Positions 1 to 11,882 of a stretch of 64,000 nucleotides of DNA are shown in pieces. Source of the stretch: an uncultured SAR86 cluster bacterium. GTDB lineage: Bacteria > Pseudomonadota > Gammaproteobacteria > Magnimaribacterales > D2472. The DNA lies in contig CACKPV010000001.1 of NCBI GenBank assembly GCA_902602185.1, forward strand, positions 170,827-234,826. Reading direction: 5' to 3'. Within the stretch, counting starts at the first letter, position 1. Every line of letters starts with the position of its first letter. The translations under genes and the position numbers were made by a program. Under the pieces are notes generated by a model. It was not told the DNA's origin, made no database searches, and saw only the letters and a list, made by a program, of their open reading frames with translations.

Positions 1-57
1 AAAATGGTCTCGCCAAAATATACGACCAATTGGAATGATCTACCTCTCGTTAGATAG
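1..57 (+). CDS. umuC: 3' end of Y-family DNA polymerase V subunit UmuC (DUF4113 tail), truncated by the window edge
   Basis: Not in the ORF track. Frame 1 reads KMVSPKYTTNWNDLPLVR*, matching the UmuC C-terminal signature SPxYTTxWxDLP. Confidence 0.8.
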   Translation, partial: KMVSPKYTTNWNDLPLVR

Positions 58-499
58 AGAGATTATGAAAGCGATTGAAGTAAGCTTCTGATAACTCAGA
101 GAACTCTGTATTCATAAGCTGATTGAGATCAGGCAATGGATAATGGGCATATTGGGGGAGGACCTGCACTCCAAAATCTTCTAAGTTTAGTTCTTGTTTC
201 CCAGATGCTCGTAATAAATCAAACAACCAGGTAATAGGTTCCATAGAGTCATTAAATTTAATTGAGTGTTCAGATAATTTCGAATGGAAAACATCTGGAT
301 CAATAATGGAAAATTTTTCTTGTAATACTTTTATTTTAAATTGCTCAATACGAGAATTTACAATGGCACGTTCATCATCTGAGTATTTTGGCCAACTGAT
401 AATCTCATGTGAAAACCGACGGCATCCTTTACAGACGTCGTCACCAAAAGTTGTGGAACATATTCCAATGCATGGAGTTGCAGATCGTGTTCTTCGCAT
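50..499 (-). CDS. DUF1289 family predicted Fe-S protein (long form)
   Basis: TPCIGICSTTFGDDVCKGCRRF...EIISW Cys motif; divergent from acnB. Confidence 0.85.
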   Translation of the reverse strand: MRRTRSATPCIGICSTTFGDDVCKGCRRFSHEIISWPKYSDDERAIVNSRIEQFKIKVLQEKFSIIDPDVFHSKLSEHSIKFNDSMEPITWLFDLLRASGKQELNLEDFGVQVLPQYAHYPLPDLNQLMNTEFSELSEAYFNRFHNLSI

Positions 500-576
500 T
501 TAAAAATCATACCTCATCTAAAGTAATTTGTAATATGATTGGCAATAAGAGATTAGAGCAGTAAAATACTCATCAA

Positions 577-3156
577 ATGATTAAAGAATACCAAAAAAAT
601 GCAAATGAAAGGCTTGCGCAAGGTATTCCACCTCTTCCTTTATCTGCAGAACAAACTGCCGAACTAATAGAACTATTAAAAAAAGATAATAATGATAATT
701 CTGAACTGTTAATGCATTTATTTCAGGAGAGGATTCCAGCTGGTGTAGATGATGCTGCTTACATCAAGGCAAGTTTTCTCTCAGATCTTGCACGCGGCAA
801 TACCTCCAGCCCAAGCATCAATAGAAATCAAGCTGTGTTCTTTTTAGGCACTATGCTGGGAGGATATAATATTCAACCACTTATTGATTGTCTTGAAATA
901 GAAGATTTGGCACAGGATGCTGCATTAGCGCTTTCAAATACCTTGTTAATTTTTGACGCTTTTAACGACATTTTTGAAATGTCAAAAGATAATGAGTATG
1001 CAAAAAAAGTCATTAACTCTTGGGCAAATGGTGAATGGTTCTTAAATAAGAAAGATATTGAAAATCAAATCCCTCTTACCATTTTTAAGGTTCCTGGAGA
1101 AATAAATACTGATGACCTATCTCCTGCACCAGATGCTTGGTCTAGACCCGATATACCCTTACACGCCCTAGCAATGTTAAAAATGCCAAGAGATGGTATC
1201 GATTCACCTCTTGAGACTATCGAAAAATTAAAAAAATTAGGAAATCCAATTGCATTTGTTGGAGATGTTGTGGGAACCGGATCTTCTAGAAAATCAGCTA
1301 CGAACTCTTTGCTTTGGCATATTGGAGATGACATTCCCTATATCCCTAATAAAAAAGAAGGAGGATATTGCTTTGGAGGAAAGATTGCTCCAATTTTTTA
1401 CAATACCTTAGAGGATTCAGGTGCATTTCCTGTTGAATGCGATGTTTCAAAACTGGAGATGGGTCAAGAAATTATTTTCCATCCCTTTGCTGGAAAGATT
1501 ACTTCAGCAAAAGATCAAAAAACTCTGTGTGAATTTTCTCTGAAAAATGAAGTTTTACTTGATGAGGTTAGAGCAAATGGAAGAATTCCTCTTATAATTG
1601 GCAGACAACTAACAGATAAAACAAGAGATATTCTTGGGTTAGAACCTTCCAAGATTTTTAGAAGGCCAAATCAAAAAGATTCGAATGAATCTGGTTATAC
1701 TCTTGCGCAAAAAATGGTTGGAAAAGCTTGTGGTGTGGAAGGTATTAGACCTGGAAGTTATTGTGAACCAAGGATGACTTCAGTGGGCTCACAAGATACA
1801 ACAGGACCCATGACCAGAGATGAATTAAAAGAATTAGCTTGTCTTGGTTTTTCTGCAGATTTAGTAATGCAATCCTTTTGTCATACTGCTGCTTATCCAA
1901 AACCAGTTGATATAGAAACTCAGCATTCACTTCCTGAATTTATAAAGACTCGGGGTGGAGTCTCTTTAAAACCTGGAGATGGAATCATCCATTCCTGGCT
2001 TAATAGAATGCTTATACCTGATACCGTCGGTACTGGAGGAGATAGCCATACTCGCTTTCCAATTGGCATCAGCTTTCCAGCAGGTTCTGGTCTTGTTGCT
2101 TTTGCTGCAACATTAGGGGTAATGCCACTTGATATGCCTGAATCTGTTTTAGTTCGTTTTAAGGGTGAAATGCAACCAGGTATTACCTTGCGTGATTTGG
2201 TAAATGCAATTCCTTATGCTGCGATCCAACAAGGCTATCTGACTGTTGCCAAAAAAGGTAAAAAAAATATTTTTTCAGGCAGATGCTTAGAAGTTGAAGG
2301 ACTTCCCTTTTTGAAAGTAGAACAAGCATTTGAAATCTCAGATGCTTCTGCCGAAAGGTCTGCATCGGGATGCACTATTAAGTTAGACAAAGAACCAGTG
2401 ATTGAATATTTAAATTCAAACATTGTCATGCTTCGCTGGATGATTGCTAATGGTTATGGAGACGAAAAAACTTTGGAAAGAAGAGCTCAGGCTATGGAAG
2501 AATGGTTAAAAAATCCAACATTACTAGAAGCTGATAAAAATGCAGAATATGCTGCAACTATTGAAATTGATTTAAATGAAATCACAGAACCTTTATTGGC
2601 ATGTCCAAACGATCCAGATGATATTAAACCTTTGTCAGCAGTTGCAAATACTGAAATTGATGAAGTATTTTTGGGTTCTTGTATGACTAATATTGGTCAT
2701 TTTAGAGCAGCAGGACATCTTTTGAGTAAGCATAAAAAAACGTCAGCTCGTTTTTGGGTTGTGCCACCTACTAAAATGGATGAACAGCAACTAAAAGATG
2801 AGGGAATATATCAAGTATTTGGTGAATCTGGTTCAAGGACTGAGATGCCTGGCTGTTCTTTATGTATGGGTAACCAGGCAAGAGTTCTGGCAAACTCAAC
2901 AGTCGTTTCAACTTCAACAAGAAATTTCCCAAATAGACTTGGGGACGGAGCTGACGTTTTTTTAGCATCTGCCGAGTTAGCAGCAGTGTCTGCAATTCTT
3001 GGAAAAATTCCTACTATGGAAGAGTATTTAGAATTTATGAATGAGATTGATCCATTATCAAAGGATATTTACAGATATCTGAATTTTAACGAGTTACCAA
3101 GTTATATTGAGCAAGCTAATTCTGCGAAAATTCCTACGATTAATGTGGTAACTTAG
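577..3156 (+). CDS. acnB: Bifunctional aconitate hydratase 2 / 2-methylisocitrate dehydratase
   Basis: 859 aa; [38 protein letters not shown] and [12 protein letters not shown] motifs. Confidence 0.98.
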   Translation: MIKEYQKNANERLAQGIPPLPLSAEQTAELIELLKKDNNDNSELLMHLFQERIPAGVDDAAYIKASFLSDLARGNTSSPSINRNQAVFFLGTMLGGYNIQPLIDCLEIEDLAQDAALALSNTLLIFDAFNDIFEMSKDNEYAKKVINSWANGEWFLNKKDIENQIPLTIFKVPGEINTDDLSPAPDAWSRPDIPLHALAMLKMPRDGIDSPLETIEKLKKLGNPIAFVGDVVGTGSSRKSATNSLLWHIGDDIPYIPNKKEGGYCFGGKIAPIFYNTLEDSGAFPVECDVSKLEMGQEIIFHPFAGKITSAKDQKTLCEFSLKNEVLLDEVRANGRIPLIIGRQLTDKTRDILGLEPSKIFRRPNQKDSNESGYTLAQKMVGKACGVEGIRPGSYCEPRMTSVGSQDTTGPMTRDELKELACLGFSADLVMQSFCHTAAYPKPVDIETQHSLPEFIKTRGGVSLKPGDGIIHSWLNRMLIPDTVGTGGDSHTRFPIGISFPAGSGLVAFAATLGVMPLDMPESVLVRFKGEMQPGITLRDLVNAIPYAAIQQGYLTVAKKGKKNIFSGRCLEVEGLPFLKVEQAFEISDASAERSASGCTIKLDKEPVIEYLNSNIVMLRWMIANGYGDEKTLERRAQAMEEWLKNPTLLEADKNAEYAATIEIDLNEITEPLLACPNDPDDIKPLSAVANTEIDEVFLGSCMTNIGHFRAAGHLLSKHKKTSARFWVVPPTKMDEQQLKDEGIYQVFGESGSRTEMPGCSLCMGNQARVLANSTVVSTSTRNFPNRLGDGADVFLASAELAAVSAILGKIPTMEEYLEFMNEIDPLSKDIYRYLNFNELPSYIEQANSAKIPTINVVT

Positions 3157-4633
3157 TTGCTTTTCGTTCAGCCATTTTCACAACATCACTTCTAGAACTT
3201 TCAAGCTTTTCAAGATAGCCATCATCTAAAGGTGTTGGATATTGACCTGTAAATATAGAAGTTTCAAAATTATCGATTTCAGGATTTCCTTCTTGAACTG
3301 AATTTATTAAATCTTCAAGAGTTTGATAGATTAGTTTGTCTGCACCTATTATCTTTGCAACTTCATCTTCACTTTTATTATTTGCTACAAGCTCTTTAGT
3401 GGCTGCCATATCTATTCCATAAAGATTTTGATATCTAACCGGTGGTGATGCTGAAGCAAAAATAACTTTTTTAGCACCAGCTTCTCTGGCCATGTCAATG
3501 ATTTGCTTACTCGTTGTTCCTCTAACAATCGAATCATCCACTAAAAGAACATTTTTATCTTTAAATTCTAAATCAAGAATGTTTAATTTTCTGCGAACAG
3601 ATTTTTTTCTTTCTTCTTGAAAAGGCATGATAAAAGTTCTTCCAATATATCTATTTTTGACAAAACCTTGCCTATAAGGTTTTTTTAAGTCTGCAGCAAG
3701 TTGTAGAGCTGCTGTTGTTGAGCTGTCTGGAATGGGTATTACCACATCAATATCTTTATCAATTTTTAGCTTCCTAATTTTAGATGCTAACTTTAATCCC
3801 ATTCGCATTCTGGATTTATACACTGAAACTTCATCAATTGTGGAGTCGGGTCTTGCAAGGTAAACATATTCAAAAATACAGGGTGAATTTTGCACTTTTT
3901 CAAAACATTGCTGCGAATGAAGATTGCCGTCATTATCAATAAAGATTGCTTCACCTGGTAAAACATTCCGAACAGTTTTAAAACCAAGTGAAGTAAATAA
4001 AGCGTTTTCAGAAGCAATTACATATTCTTTGCGTCGTTTTCCCTGCCTTTCTCCAATTATCAATGGTCTTATTCCCAGAGGGTCACGAAATGCAAGCAAG
4101 CCGTGTCCTGCAATGACTGTAATAACAGCATAAGCACCATTTATCCTCATATGTGTCTTTTTTACGGCAGCAAAGAAATCTTGTGCTTGCGGGAAAACTG
4201 CATCTTGTTTAGAAAGTTCCAATGCAAATATATTAAGTAGAACTTCGGAATCAGAATTAGTATTGATGTGTCTTTTCTCTGCATGAAATAATTCTGATGC
4301 AAGATTTGTTGAGTTGGTTAAGTTACCATTGTGAGCAAGGCTAATCCCATATGGGGTATTTACATACATTGGTTGAGCAAATTCTTTTCCAGCACCTCCA
4401 GCAGTAGGATAGCGAACATGCCCAATTCCGTATTTACCAGAGAGAGCAGACATATGTCTTTGTCTGAATACATCCCTGACATAGCCCATGGATTTCCTAC
4501 TATTAAGTTTCCCTGAAGGTTCACATACAACCATACCGGCAGCATCCTGACCGCGATGTTGCAGCATTAGCAGGGCTTCATAAATATCTTCAGCAACATT
4601 TTTTTCAGCAGAAATACCAACTATGCCACACAT
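3140..4633 (-). CDS. purF: Amidophosphoribosyltransferase
   Basis: Start placed at MCGIVG (N-terminal nucleophile Cys); [29 protein letters not shown]. Confidence 0.98.
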   Translation of the reverse strand: MCGIVGISAEKNVAEDIYEALLMLQHRGQDAAGMVVCEPSGKLNSRKSMGYVRDVFRQRHMSALSGKYGIGHVRYPTAGGAGKEFAQPMYVNTPYGISLAHNGNLTNSTNLASELFHAEKRHINTNSDSEVLLNIFALELSKQDAVFPQAQDFFAAVKKTHMRINGAYAVITVIAGHGLLAFRDPLGIRPLIIGERQGKRRKEYVIASENALFTSLGFKTVRNVLPGEAIFIDNDGNLHSQQCFEKVQNSPCIFEYVYLARPDSTIDEVSVYKSRMRMGLKLASKIRKLKIDKDIDVVIPIPDSSTTAALQLAADLKKPYRQGFVKNRYIGRTFIMPFQEERKKSVRRKLNILDLEFKDKNVLLVDDSIVRGTTSKQIIDMAREAGAKKVIFASASPPVRYQNLYGIDMAATKELVANNKSEDEVAKIIGADKLIYQTLEDLINSVQEGNPEIDNFETSIFTGQYPTPLDDGYLEKLESSRSDVVKMAERKATKLPH

Positions 4634-4659
4634 GATTAATTGCAACCTCTAATAAACAT

Positions 4660-5157
4660 TTATTCTATGCTCCGTACAAAATTATCTAAAATAAATTCTG
4701 CAATTGCTGGGGCAACCTGGATAAAAAAAGGAGATATTTTAGATGCAGTCATTACTTCACTAGTAAGCAGTTGAGAGGGTAAAAGATAGAAAATTGCCAC
4801 AATAATTACAAAACCCCTTAATAGTCCAAATAATACACCCAAAAATTTATCTGCACTAGACCATCCAGACCAATTAATGAGTTTTTTTAGCAACCTAATT
4901 GTTAATGTTCCCAAAACCATGACCCCTAAAAAAATCAAGAAATAAGCTAAAGCACTAGCTAAATCATTATTTTTAAGATATTGAACAATTTGTGAAGTAA
5001 AACTTGGTTCTAAAGAAATAGATATAAAAAAAGCAAAAGCCCAAAGAAACAGAGATAAGATTTCAATAATTATGCCTCTAAAAAGAGCAAAAATACCTGA
5101 AGAAACAATAGTAAAAATTATTATAAAATCAATAATATTTAACCCTAAGGTTTCCAT
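4660..5157 (-). CDS. cvpA: CvpA (colicin V production) family membrane protein
   Basis: Hydrophobic; RGIIIEILSL and DKFLGVLFGLLRG motifs; directly upstream of purF. Confidence 0.92.
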   Translation of the reverse strand: METLGLNIIDFIIIFTIVSSGIFALFRGIIIEILSLFLWAFAFFISISLEPSFTSQIVQYLKNNDLASALAYFLIFLGVMVLGTLTIRLLKKLINWSGWSSADKFLGVLFGLLRGFVIIVAIFYLLPSQLLTSEVMTASKISPFFIQVAPAIAEFILDNFVRSIE

Positions 5158-5522
5158 TGGATTATTTCTCCAGATTCTGTTTCTCCAACCTCATACATAT
5201 GATCAAGATTTCTATCTATGATCTCTTTTGGTAATGGACCGATGTAAACTGCCCACAAATTTGAATTGGAATCTAGTTCTTCAATGTAGCTTAAATAAGA
5301 GTATTTTTGAATTTTTTGATTCAAGTTTATTGCGTTTTGTTTATTTTCAAACACATTTACCCTTAACACATGCATTTCATAATCTTGCTCATTGAAGAGT
5401 TGTCTAGACATTTGTAAATCAATAGCATCTTGATATTTTGGTTGTGGGGATAAAACAAAAACAAAAATAATTATGCCCACAGTAAGGACAAACATTAAAC
5501 CAGCAATTTTTTCAAGATTCAT
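5145..5522 (-). CDS. Short membrane-anchored SPOR-domain protein (DedD-like)
   Basis: N-terminal TM helix, then SPOR-like F.NKQNA..L...WAVYIGP; occupies the dedD position upstream of cvpA. Confidence 0.7.
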   Translation of the reverse strand: MNLEKIAGLMFVLTVGIIIFVFVLSPQPKYQDAIDLQMSRQLFNEQDYEMHVLRVNVFENKQNAINLNQKIQKYSYLSYIEELDSNSNLWAVYIGPLPKEIIDRNLDHMYEVGETESGEIIQWKP

Positions 5523-6367
5523 TATAAAATTTTCTCAAGAAGTCCTGAGATTTTGGATTTAATCTCTGTTCTATGAAGAATCATATCTACTGCTCCATGG
5601 GCAAGTAAAAACTCAGATTTTTGAAAATCCTCAGGAAGTTCAACTCTCACAGTTTGTTCGATAACCCTTCTCCCGGCAAAACCAACAAAAGCTTTCGGCT
5701 CTGCAATATTAATATCTCCAAGCATTGCCAAACTTGCAGAAACTCCTCCAAAAATTGGATCAACCATCACAGAGATATAAGGAAGATTCATTTTTTTGAA
5801 TTTTTGAATTACCGCAGAAGTCTTTGCCATTTGCATTAGAGAAATCATCGATTCCTGCATTCTTGCTCCACCACTGGTTGCAAAACATATAAAAGGTGTT
5901 TTTTCTTTCATCGCAACTTTTACACCTTGCACAAATTTCTCTCCAACTGCACTGCCCATTGAGCCACCCATAAAGTTAAATTCAAAGGCTGCAGCAGTTA
6001 CTTTTCTTCCATTTAGTTTTCCAGAACCTACTAAAAGCGCTTCTGTTTCACCAGATTTTTTTTGAGCATCTACAATCCGATCAGTATATTTCTTAGTATC
6101 CTTAAAATTGAGAAAATCAGTTGCTGAAACTTCAGCTGCTATCTCAGTAAACTTCGCATCATCAAAAAAAATCTCCAATCTTAGTCTTGAACCAATCCTC
6201 AGGTGATGATCACACTTTGGGCATACATATAAAGTTTTTTCTAACTCGGGCTGATACAGAGCTGATTCACAAGATGGACAAGAGCTCCAAATACCATCAG
6301 GAATCTTACTCTTCTTTTTTTTATTTGACTTCCTGAATGTTGGAATTAATTTTGTCAACCAATTCAC
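5522..6367 (-). CDS. accD: Acetyl-CoA carboxylase carboxyltransferase beta subunit
   Basis: CPSC...CPKC zinc finger, FMGGSMGS, SGGARMQES, GFAGRRVIEQT. Confidence 0.98.
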   Translation of the reverse strand: MNWLTKLIPTFRKSNKKKKSKIPDGIWSSCPSCESALYQPELEKTLYVCPKCDHHLRIGSRLRLEIFFDDAKFTEIAAEVSATDFLNFKDTKKYTDRIVDAQKKSGETEALLVGSGKLNGRKVTAAAFEFNFMGGSMGSAVGEKFVQGVKVAMKEKTPFICFATSGGARMQESMISLMQMAKTSAVIQKFKKMNLPYISVMVDPIFGGVSASLAMLGDINIAEPKAFVGFAGRRVIEQTVRVELPEDFQKSEFLLAHGAVDMILHRTEIKSKISGLLEKIL

Positions 6368-7149
6368 TGCGATATTGCCTCTTTAATATCAGTTACATAT
6401 TCTTTGACTGATTCAAAATCTTTCTTATCGGAGTTTTTATCTATTAGATCTACAATCGATGAACCGATAACAACTCCATCCGAATATGAAGCTAAAACTG
6501 CTGCATCTTCAGTTGTTTTTATTCCAAATCCAGCCATAACTGGCATGTTTGAAAGATTCTTAATTTTTTTTATGTTAAATTCAATTTCTGATTTATCAAA
6601 ATGGGATGATCCAGTTACTCCTCTTAAGGTAACGTAATAAATAAATCCTGAACTCTGATCAACAATTGTTTTAATGCGATCATCCGAAGTTGTTGGAGAA
6701 ATAAGGGAAATAGAATCTATTTTTTTGTTGTTGATTTCATAGTCTGCAAGATTGAATTCACCAGGAATATCTACAACAAGGACACCATCGATTCCATTAT
6801 CTTTCATATTAATAAGTTTTTTGTTAGTTACAAAAGTATTGATATATCCCATGAGAATAATTGGAGTTTGAGGATTACTAATTCTAAACTTGTTGACAAG
6901 ATTCATTATTGATTTGAAATCAGTATTTTTTTTAAGAGCACGATCATGTGCTTTTTGAATAACTGGCCCCTCTGCAATTGGATCTGTAAAAGGTACACCC
7001 AACTCAATAATGTCAACTCCTGCTTCAACAAGAAGGTGCATTAAATCTAATGAACTTTCTAAATCTGGATCACCAGCAACAAGATATGCGACAAGAACTT
7101 TCTCATCATTTAATTTTTTATGATTAAGGACTTTGCCAAGATTATTCAA
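6364..7149 (-). CDS. trpA: Tryptophan synthase alpha chain
   Basis: [33 protein letters not shown]. Confidence 0.97.
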   Translation of the reverse strand: MNNLGKVLNHKKLNDEKVLVAYLVAGDPDLESSLDLMHLLVEAGVDIIELGVPFTDPIAEGPVIQKAHDRALKKNTDFKSIMNLVNKFRISNPQTPIILMGYINTFVTNKKLINMKDNGIDGVLVVDIPGEFNLADYEINNKKIDSISLISPTTSDDRIKTIVDQSSGFIYYVTLRGVTGSSHFDKSEIEFNIKKIKNLSNMPVMAGFGIKTTEDAAVLASYSDGVVIGSSIVDLIDKNSDKKDFESVKEYVTDIKEAISQ

Positions 7150-8345
7150 AGGTCAATACCCTCAACTTCTGCCATAGTATTTATATCTTTATCACCTCGC
7201 CCAGAAACATTGATAACAATGTGCTCATCTTGTGAAGTGGTTGGCATAAATTCTTCAAGATATGCAAAGGCATGCGCAGTCTCAAGGGCAGGCAAGATGC
7301 CCTCTAATTTATTAACAAGATGAAATGCTTCGACTACTTGAGAGTCATTTACAGCAGCATACTGAGCTCGGTTTTGGTCCTTCAACCATGAATGTTCTGG
7401 TCCAACACCTGGATAATCAAGTCCAGCAGAGATTGATGCTGTGCCCTTAACCTGTCCAGATTCGTCTTGCATTAGATAACTTTTTGCACCGTGAAGAATT
7501 CCTGGAGTGCCATCATTAAGTGGTGCTGCATGATTTCCAGTTTTAAGTCCCTCACCTGCAGCTTCTACTCCAATCAATCTAACTTCGTCATATTCAATAA
7601 ATGGATAAAATATTCCCATAGCATTCGATCCTCCTCCAACACAAGCTAGAATCGCATCTGGCATTTTACCAAAAAGTTCCTTTGATTGATCAATGAGTTC
7701 TTTTCCAACCACTGCATTAAAGTCTCTCACAATCATTGGATATGGATGAGGTCCAGTTACACTTCCTATTATGTAATAAGTTGATTCAATATTTGTTACC
7801 CAGTCTCTTAATGCCTCATTTAATGCATCCTTTAGTGTAGCTGATCCTGAATCAACAGCGTGTACCTCTGCCCCTAGTAATTTCATTCTGTAAACATTTA
7901 AAGATTGTCTTCGAACATCTTCAGTTCCCATGTATATATGACATTCAAGTCCTAACCTTGCTGCCACCGTTGCAGTAGCGACACCATGTTGGCCAGCACC
8001 TGTTTCAGCAATGATCCTTTTTTTACCCATATGTTTGGCAAGTAAGATTTGACCAACAGTATTATTTATCTTGTGAGCACCGGTATGATTTAAATCTTCT
8101 CTTTTCAACCATATAGAGGCTTTTCCGTAATGATCAGTGAGTCTTTTTGCAAAATATAATGGTGAGGGTCTTCCAACAAATTGTGATAAATCTCTGTAGA
8201 ATTCAGTCTGAAACTCATTATTATCTCTTAAACTCTTATATGTTTCTTCTAATTCAGCAAGGGCAAACATGAGGGTTTCAGGCACAAACTTCCCACCATA
8301 TTCTCCATAAAATCCAAATTTATCAGGTAAGTCTTTGCTCTTCAT
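7146..8345 (-). CDS. trpB: Tryptophan synthase beta chain
   Basis: [15 protein letters not shown] (PLP lysine), [29 protein letters not shown]. Confidence 0.99.
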   Translation of the reverse strand: MKSKDLPDKFGFYGEYGGKFVPETLMFALAELEETYKSLRDNNEFQTEFYRDLSQFVGRPSPLYFAKRLTDHYGKASIWLKREDLNHTGAHKINNTVGQILLAKHMGKKRIIAETGAGQHGVATATVAARLGLECHIYMGTEDVRRQSLNVYRMKLLGAEVHAVDSGSATLKDALNEALRDWVTNIESTYYIIGSVTGPHPYPMIVRDFNAVVGKELIDQSKELFGKMPDAILACVGGGSNAMGIFYPFIEYDEVRLIGVEAAGEGLKTGNHAAPLNDGTPGILHGAKSYLMQDESGQVKGTASISAGLDYPGVGPEHSWLKDQNRAQYAAVNDSQVVEAFHLVNKLEGILPALETAHAFAYLEEFMPTTSQDEHIVINVSGRGDKDINTMAEVEGIDL

Positions 8346-8949
8346 AATTATGTTTAATTTTAATAATTTTATTTATTTTTACTAGGTCTTTTTTTCCAGG
8401 TGCTGATTCTACTCCTGAATTAATATCTATACACCATGGTGACAATTTGCAAGCCTCTTGCATATTTTGATCGTTAATGCCTCCAGATAAAATTAAATTC
8501 TGAGTAAAACTATTAGTTTTTAGAAAGGACCAATCAAAAGATCTTCCAGTACCTCCATAGTTTTTATCTTCAAAAGTATCCAACAAAATACCCTTGGCAT
8601 TTGGATAAGAGGTTATTTGTTTAAAGGATTCTTGATTAGATATTCGAACAGCTTTCCAATAATGAGTATCAAATGAATCGCAAAAAATTTGTGTCTCATC
8701 TCCATGAAACTGAATTATGGGTTTTTCAAAAAAAGAAATAACCTCTCTGATAAATGAATTATTTGAGTTGACAAAAACGCACACTGGGATTGTGTTTCTA
8801 AAATCAAAAACAGAGATTTCCCTTATAAAATCTAAATTTACACATCTAGGACTTTTTTCAAAAAAAATAAAACCAACGTAATCTACGTCCAACTTAATTA
8901 TTGACTGGAGAATGTTTTTATCATTTATGCCACAGACTTTTAATTTCAT
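8323..8949 (-). CDS. trpF: Phosphoribosylanthranilate isomerase
   Basis: [31 protein letters not shown]. Confidence 0.95.
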   Translation of the reverse strand: MKLKVCGINDKNILQSIIKLDVDYVGFIFFEKSPRCVNLDFIREISVFDFRNTIPVCVFVNSNNSFIREVISFFEKPIIQFHGDETQIFCDSFDTHYWKAVRISNQESFKQITSYPNAKGILLDTFEDKNYGGTGRSFDWSFLKTNSFTQNLILSGGINDQNMQEACKLSPWCIDINSGVESAPGKKDLVKINKIIKIKHNYEEQRLT

Positions 8950-8954
8950 AATTA

Positions 8955-9731
8955 CTAAATAATATATTGGATTTGCTTCGGAGTATTTATTTTAGGAGTT
9001 TTTGGATACTTTGGTCCTAGGTAAAAAAGCCCACTTGGTGTCATTGTTTTGCCAGCAAACTTTCTGTCTTTACTAATCATTATCTCCTTTAAAGATATTG
9101 AAATCTCATTTTTTGCAATATCTATTAAGGTTCCAACTATTATTCTCATCATATTTTGTAAAAATGCATTTGCGGTGATAGTTATAAAAACCATTTTTTT
9201 ATGTTGCTTTATTTCAATTGACTTTATTTCCCTAATAGGATTGTTGCTATTACATCTGGAACTTCTAAATGCTGAAAAATCATGCTTACCTAAAAGAAAT
9301 TTTGTTTGAAACTTTAGTTTTTCGATATCTATATCTCTTTTAATCCATGATACAAAATTTTTCTGAATAATGGGTTTTTCATTTCCTAAAAACAAAACAT
9401 GACAGTATTGTCTTTCGGTAGCATCAAATCTAGCATGAAAATCATTCGGTACTTCTATGACATCTACAATCGAAATGTCATTAGGAAGTGATGCATTGAG
9501 GCCATTGATCCATTGTTCCTGTTTTCTATGGATATCTGTATTAATATCAAACACCTGACCAAGAGCATGGACGCCCTTGTCAGTTCTTCCTGATATATTC
9601 ATGTCGATTGGATGATCAATGATCTCATTGAATGCATTTAGAAGGCAGTCTTGAACTGTTATAGCATTAGACTGTTTTTGAAATCCTGAATAGTTTGTTC
9701 CTTCATATTGAACAGTAAAAGCAAGTTTCAA
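8955..9731 (-). CDS. truA: tRNA pseudouridine(38-40) synthase
   Basis: SGRTDKGVHALGQ, FHARFDA, GKHDFSAFRS, ANAFLQNMMR; TTG start. Confidence 0.97.
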   Translation of the reverse strand: MKLAFTVQYEGTNYSGFQKQSNAITVQDCLLNAFNEIIDHPIDMNISGRTDKGVHALGQVFDINTDIHRKQEQWINGLNASLPNDISIVDVIEVPNDFHARFDATERQYCHVLFLGNEKPIIQKNFVSWIKRDIDIEKLKFQTKFLLGKHDFSAFRSSRCNSNNPIREIKSIEIKQHKKMVFITITANAFLQNMMRIIVGTLIDIAKNEISISLKEIMISKDRKFAGKTMTPSGLFYLGPKYPKTPKINTPKQIQYII

Positions 9732-9732
9732 A

Positions 9733-10884
9733 TTACTTCTCTAAAAATTTATTTTTTAATAATTGCACTTGATCAATTAAATCAGTGTCCTTAGATTTAG
9801 AAATAATTTCATTCAAAAGCTTACTTCCTTGATTTAGCTCACCCATCTCCAACAATGACCTGGCTAAATCAAATTTCTGAATAAGAATATCATTCGAAAC
9901 ACTTAGCCCCTCAGGCATAGTCTTTGAATAATCTTGAGGCATATCATCAACGTCAAATTTAATGGTTTTTCTATTGATTAAAAAAAGTGCTCCGATGAAA
10001 CCAACCACTAAAGCTAGACCAATAGCAATGATCAATTCGACAAATGAAAATTGTATGCTCTGATCCTCAGAAGGTTTTTGCATTGGAAAATTAGGAGACT
10101 CATCAACACTAATATCAATTACCTTTGTTTGTTTTTCGATGATGCTTGATGGTGAGTTATCCATTAAATCAATTGCATCATTCTGAACTGAGAGTTGATC
10201 CTCTCTATTGCCTTTGATCATATCTGTTGGTGATACCAGTTTGAGAAGTTGTGAATCTGTATTTTTATTATCTTTACCCATGCTTAAAATTGATGATTTA
10301 GCAAAACTTGCATCAATATTTTTGATAAAATTTTCAGCAGGTATTCTCAAATCGAGGTCTCCTCTAACCTGATGGATATTTTTGTCGATAAATGCATTTT
10401 CATTGGATAAATAAAGTGCCCACATAACTTGGTGAATTGAGACATCATCAATTGACAGAGACTTTGCAACTGACCATACAGTTGTAATTTTTTCGGCAGG
10501 AAAAAGTACTTCACCAGCTAAAGAATCATTAATACTAAAAACTAGTGTATTTCCTGAAAGATCAACTAAAAATTTTTTTTGGAAATCATCAATGAATAAA
10601 GAAAAGTCTAAAAAATTTTGTTGTGTGCTAGGCAGATAAATGAGAATCTCATGATTATGCATTATTAAATCATTTCTCAGATCGTCGTTAACTAGATTAA
10701 ATTCATAAATCAAATTATCATTGGAGACAATAGATATATCATTCTTTTGTAAAGATTCATCAGAAGAAATTTTTATCAATAAAAAAGATTTTTCTAAATC
10801 TTTTTCAAGTGATGCACTCTTAAATAAGACTGTTCCTTGCAGACCATTGATAAAGAAAAATAAAAGCAAGAATAATAGTCTCAT
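9733..10884 (-). CDS. Reduced FimV/HubP-like polar landmark protein
   Basis: Signal peptide, LysM-like FimV core (TVWSVA...QVMWALYLSNENAF...LRIP), TM segment, C-terminal KFDLARSLLEMG; lies between asd and truA. Confidence 0.8.
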   Translation of the reverse strand: MRLLFLLLFFFINGLQGTVLFKSASLEKDLEKSFLLIKISSDESLQKNDISIVSNDNLIYEFNLVNDDLRNDLIMHNHEILIYLPSTQQNFLDFSLFIDDFQKKFLVDLSGNTLVFSINDSLAGEVLFPAEKITTVWSVAKSLSIDDVSIHQVMWALYLSNENAFIDKNIHQVRGDLDLRIPAENFIKNIDASFAKSSILSMGKDNKNTDSQLLKLVSPTDMIKGNREDQLSVQNDAIDLMDNSPSSIIEKQTKVIDISVDESPNFPMQKPSEDQSIQFSFVELIIAIGLALVVGFIGALFLINRKTIKFDVDDMPQDYSKTMPEGLSVSNDILIQKFDLARSLLEMGELNQGSKLLNEIISKSKDTDLIDQVQLLKNKFLEK

Positions 10885-11882
10885 AGGTTTCTTTTAATCA
10901 TCTCTTCGAGGATTTGAACAGCATTTAAAGCTGCTCCTTTACCAAAAACATTATCAGCAACAATCCAACATGAAATCCAAAAATTTTGGTTTGAAGTGGA
11001 AGTTCTGATTCTACCAACACAAACCTCATCAGAAAATTGTGCATGCTCAAGAGGTGTTGGATATGCTTCATTTTGAGTATCATCAATAACCTTTACACCC
11101 TCTTGCTCTTCCAATATGGAAAGCACTTTTTCAAGATTAGGTTTTTTCTTTACTTGCATAAAAATAGCCTCGGAGTGACCATTTTCAACAGGAACTCTTG
11201 CACAAGTTGCAATCACATCTATATTCTCATCTAAAATCTTTTTTGTCTCCCAATCAAGTTTCATTTCTTCTTTGGTAAATCCATTGTCTAAAAAGACATC
11301 GCATTGTGGTATGACATTATTTGCAATGGGTTTAGGAAATATTTTAGGAGTATTGTTAGTACCAGTGAGTTGAAAATTTAGCTCGTCTTTTGCTGCTTGA
11401 CCCGTTCCTGATACTGCTTGATAAGTAGCAATATTTAATAAAGAAATATTGAACTCAGTATGAATATTTTTCAAAATTAGTAGCAGTTGAGCTGAGGAGC
11501 AATTTGGATTTGCAATTAAAACTGGTCGTTGATATTTCGCAAGTTCATCAATATTTATTTCCGGAATTATTAGGGGAACATCCGGTTGGTAACGAAATTG
11601 TGATGACATGTCAATAACGGACACATTTGCATCAAGAAATTTTTTTACATACTTCTTGGCAACTTCAGAACCCGCAGAAAAAATAATATATTCTATTTTT
11701 TTTGGATCAAATTCATCTAGGTTTTCGATAGTAAAACTTTTGTTATTAAAAGAAATCTTTTGACCAACCGACTTTTTACCAAGAACAAATAAATTTTTTA
11801 TTGCAAGATTTCTTCTCTCTAACTGAGCTAGTATTTGACCACCTACTAATCCACTGCCACCGACAAGACCAAGATTAATCAT
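10881..11882 (-). CDS. asd: Aspartate-semialdehyde dehydrogenase
   Basis: GGSGLVG, IANPNCS, TYQAVSGTG, ARVPVENGHSE, GAALNAVQI. Confidence 0.97.
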   Translation of the reverse strand: MINLGLVGGSGLVGGQILAQLERRNLAIKNLFVLGKKSVGQKISFNNKSFTIENLDEFDPKKIEYIIFSAGSEVAKKYVKKFLDANVSVIDMSSQFRYQPDVPLIIPEINIDELAKYQRPVLIANPNCSSAQLLLILKNIHTEFNISLLNIATYQAVSGTGQAAKDELNFQLTGTNNTPKIFPKPIANNVIPQCDVFLDNGFTKEEMKLDWETKKILDENIDVIATCARVPVENGHSEAIFMQVKKKPNLEKVLSILEEQEGVKVIDDTQNEAYPTPLEHAQFSDEVCVGRIRTSTSNQNFWISCWIVADNVFGKGAALNAVQILEEMIKRNL

